NCBI GenBank assembly: GCA_030390025.1
Contig: CM059433.1
Coordinates: 24,616,001 to 24,680,000 of the forward strand
From: Squalus acanthias
Taxonomy: Eukaryota
Direction: 5' to 3'
DNA length: 64,000 nucleotides
Shown here: one piece after another, positions 63,904 to 64,000 of the stretch
Numbering within the stretch: position 1 is the stretch's first letter
Layout: the number at the start of each line of letters is the position of its first letter
Notes under the pieces: model-generated
Databases searched by the model: none
What the model saw: the letters and a program-made list of their open reading frames with translations, nothing else
Told to the model about the DNA's origin: nothing
Made by a program: the position numbers and the translations under genes

Positions 63904-64000
63904 TAGGAGTGAGCTTTTTTAAATAATTTTGTGCCATTGTCAACATTCTCTTAACAGTTTGATTGAGGTGGTCCTTCAATCTTTAATTTTAGCTCTTTTC

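Overview
Eukaryotic, repeat-rich vertebrate genomic DNA. The repeat families suggest a cartilaginous fish (shark), which is an inference. The only host gene I can support is the 5' part of LRRC1 (LAP-family LRR protein, SCRIB paralogue) on the + strand: coding exon 1 at 25638-25796, a 37,981-bp intron 1, and exon 2 at 63778-63895. A CpG-rich 30-bp minisatellite lies just upstream of the ATG. The rest is largely nested transposable elements: many CR1 LINEs (two young, near-identical copies with open RT ORFs), L2 LINEs, Deu-type tRNA SINEs, a spliced Harbinger Myb/SANT gene with its terminus, several Harbinger-like MITEs with 3-bp targets, a hAT-Charlie deletion derivative, a solo LTR, and a Penelope-like element with a GIY-YIG endonuclease. 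The most interesting signal is eight minimal type-I hammerhead ribozyme motifs in two sequence families. They sit in Penelope-type terminal repeats and in tiny non-coding foldback or solo insertions, three of which have clear target-site duplications. Their stems show compensatory changes, and all three intronic copies are antisense to LRRC1. Coordinates of degenerate repeats are approximate; all calls were made by eye with no database searches.
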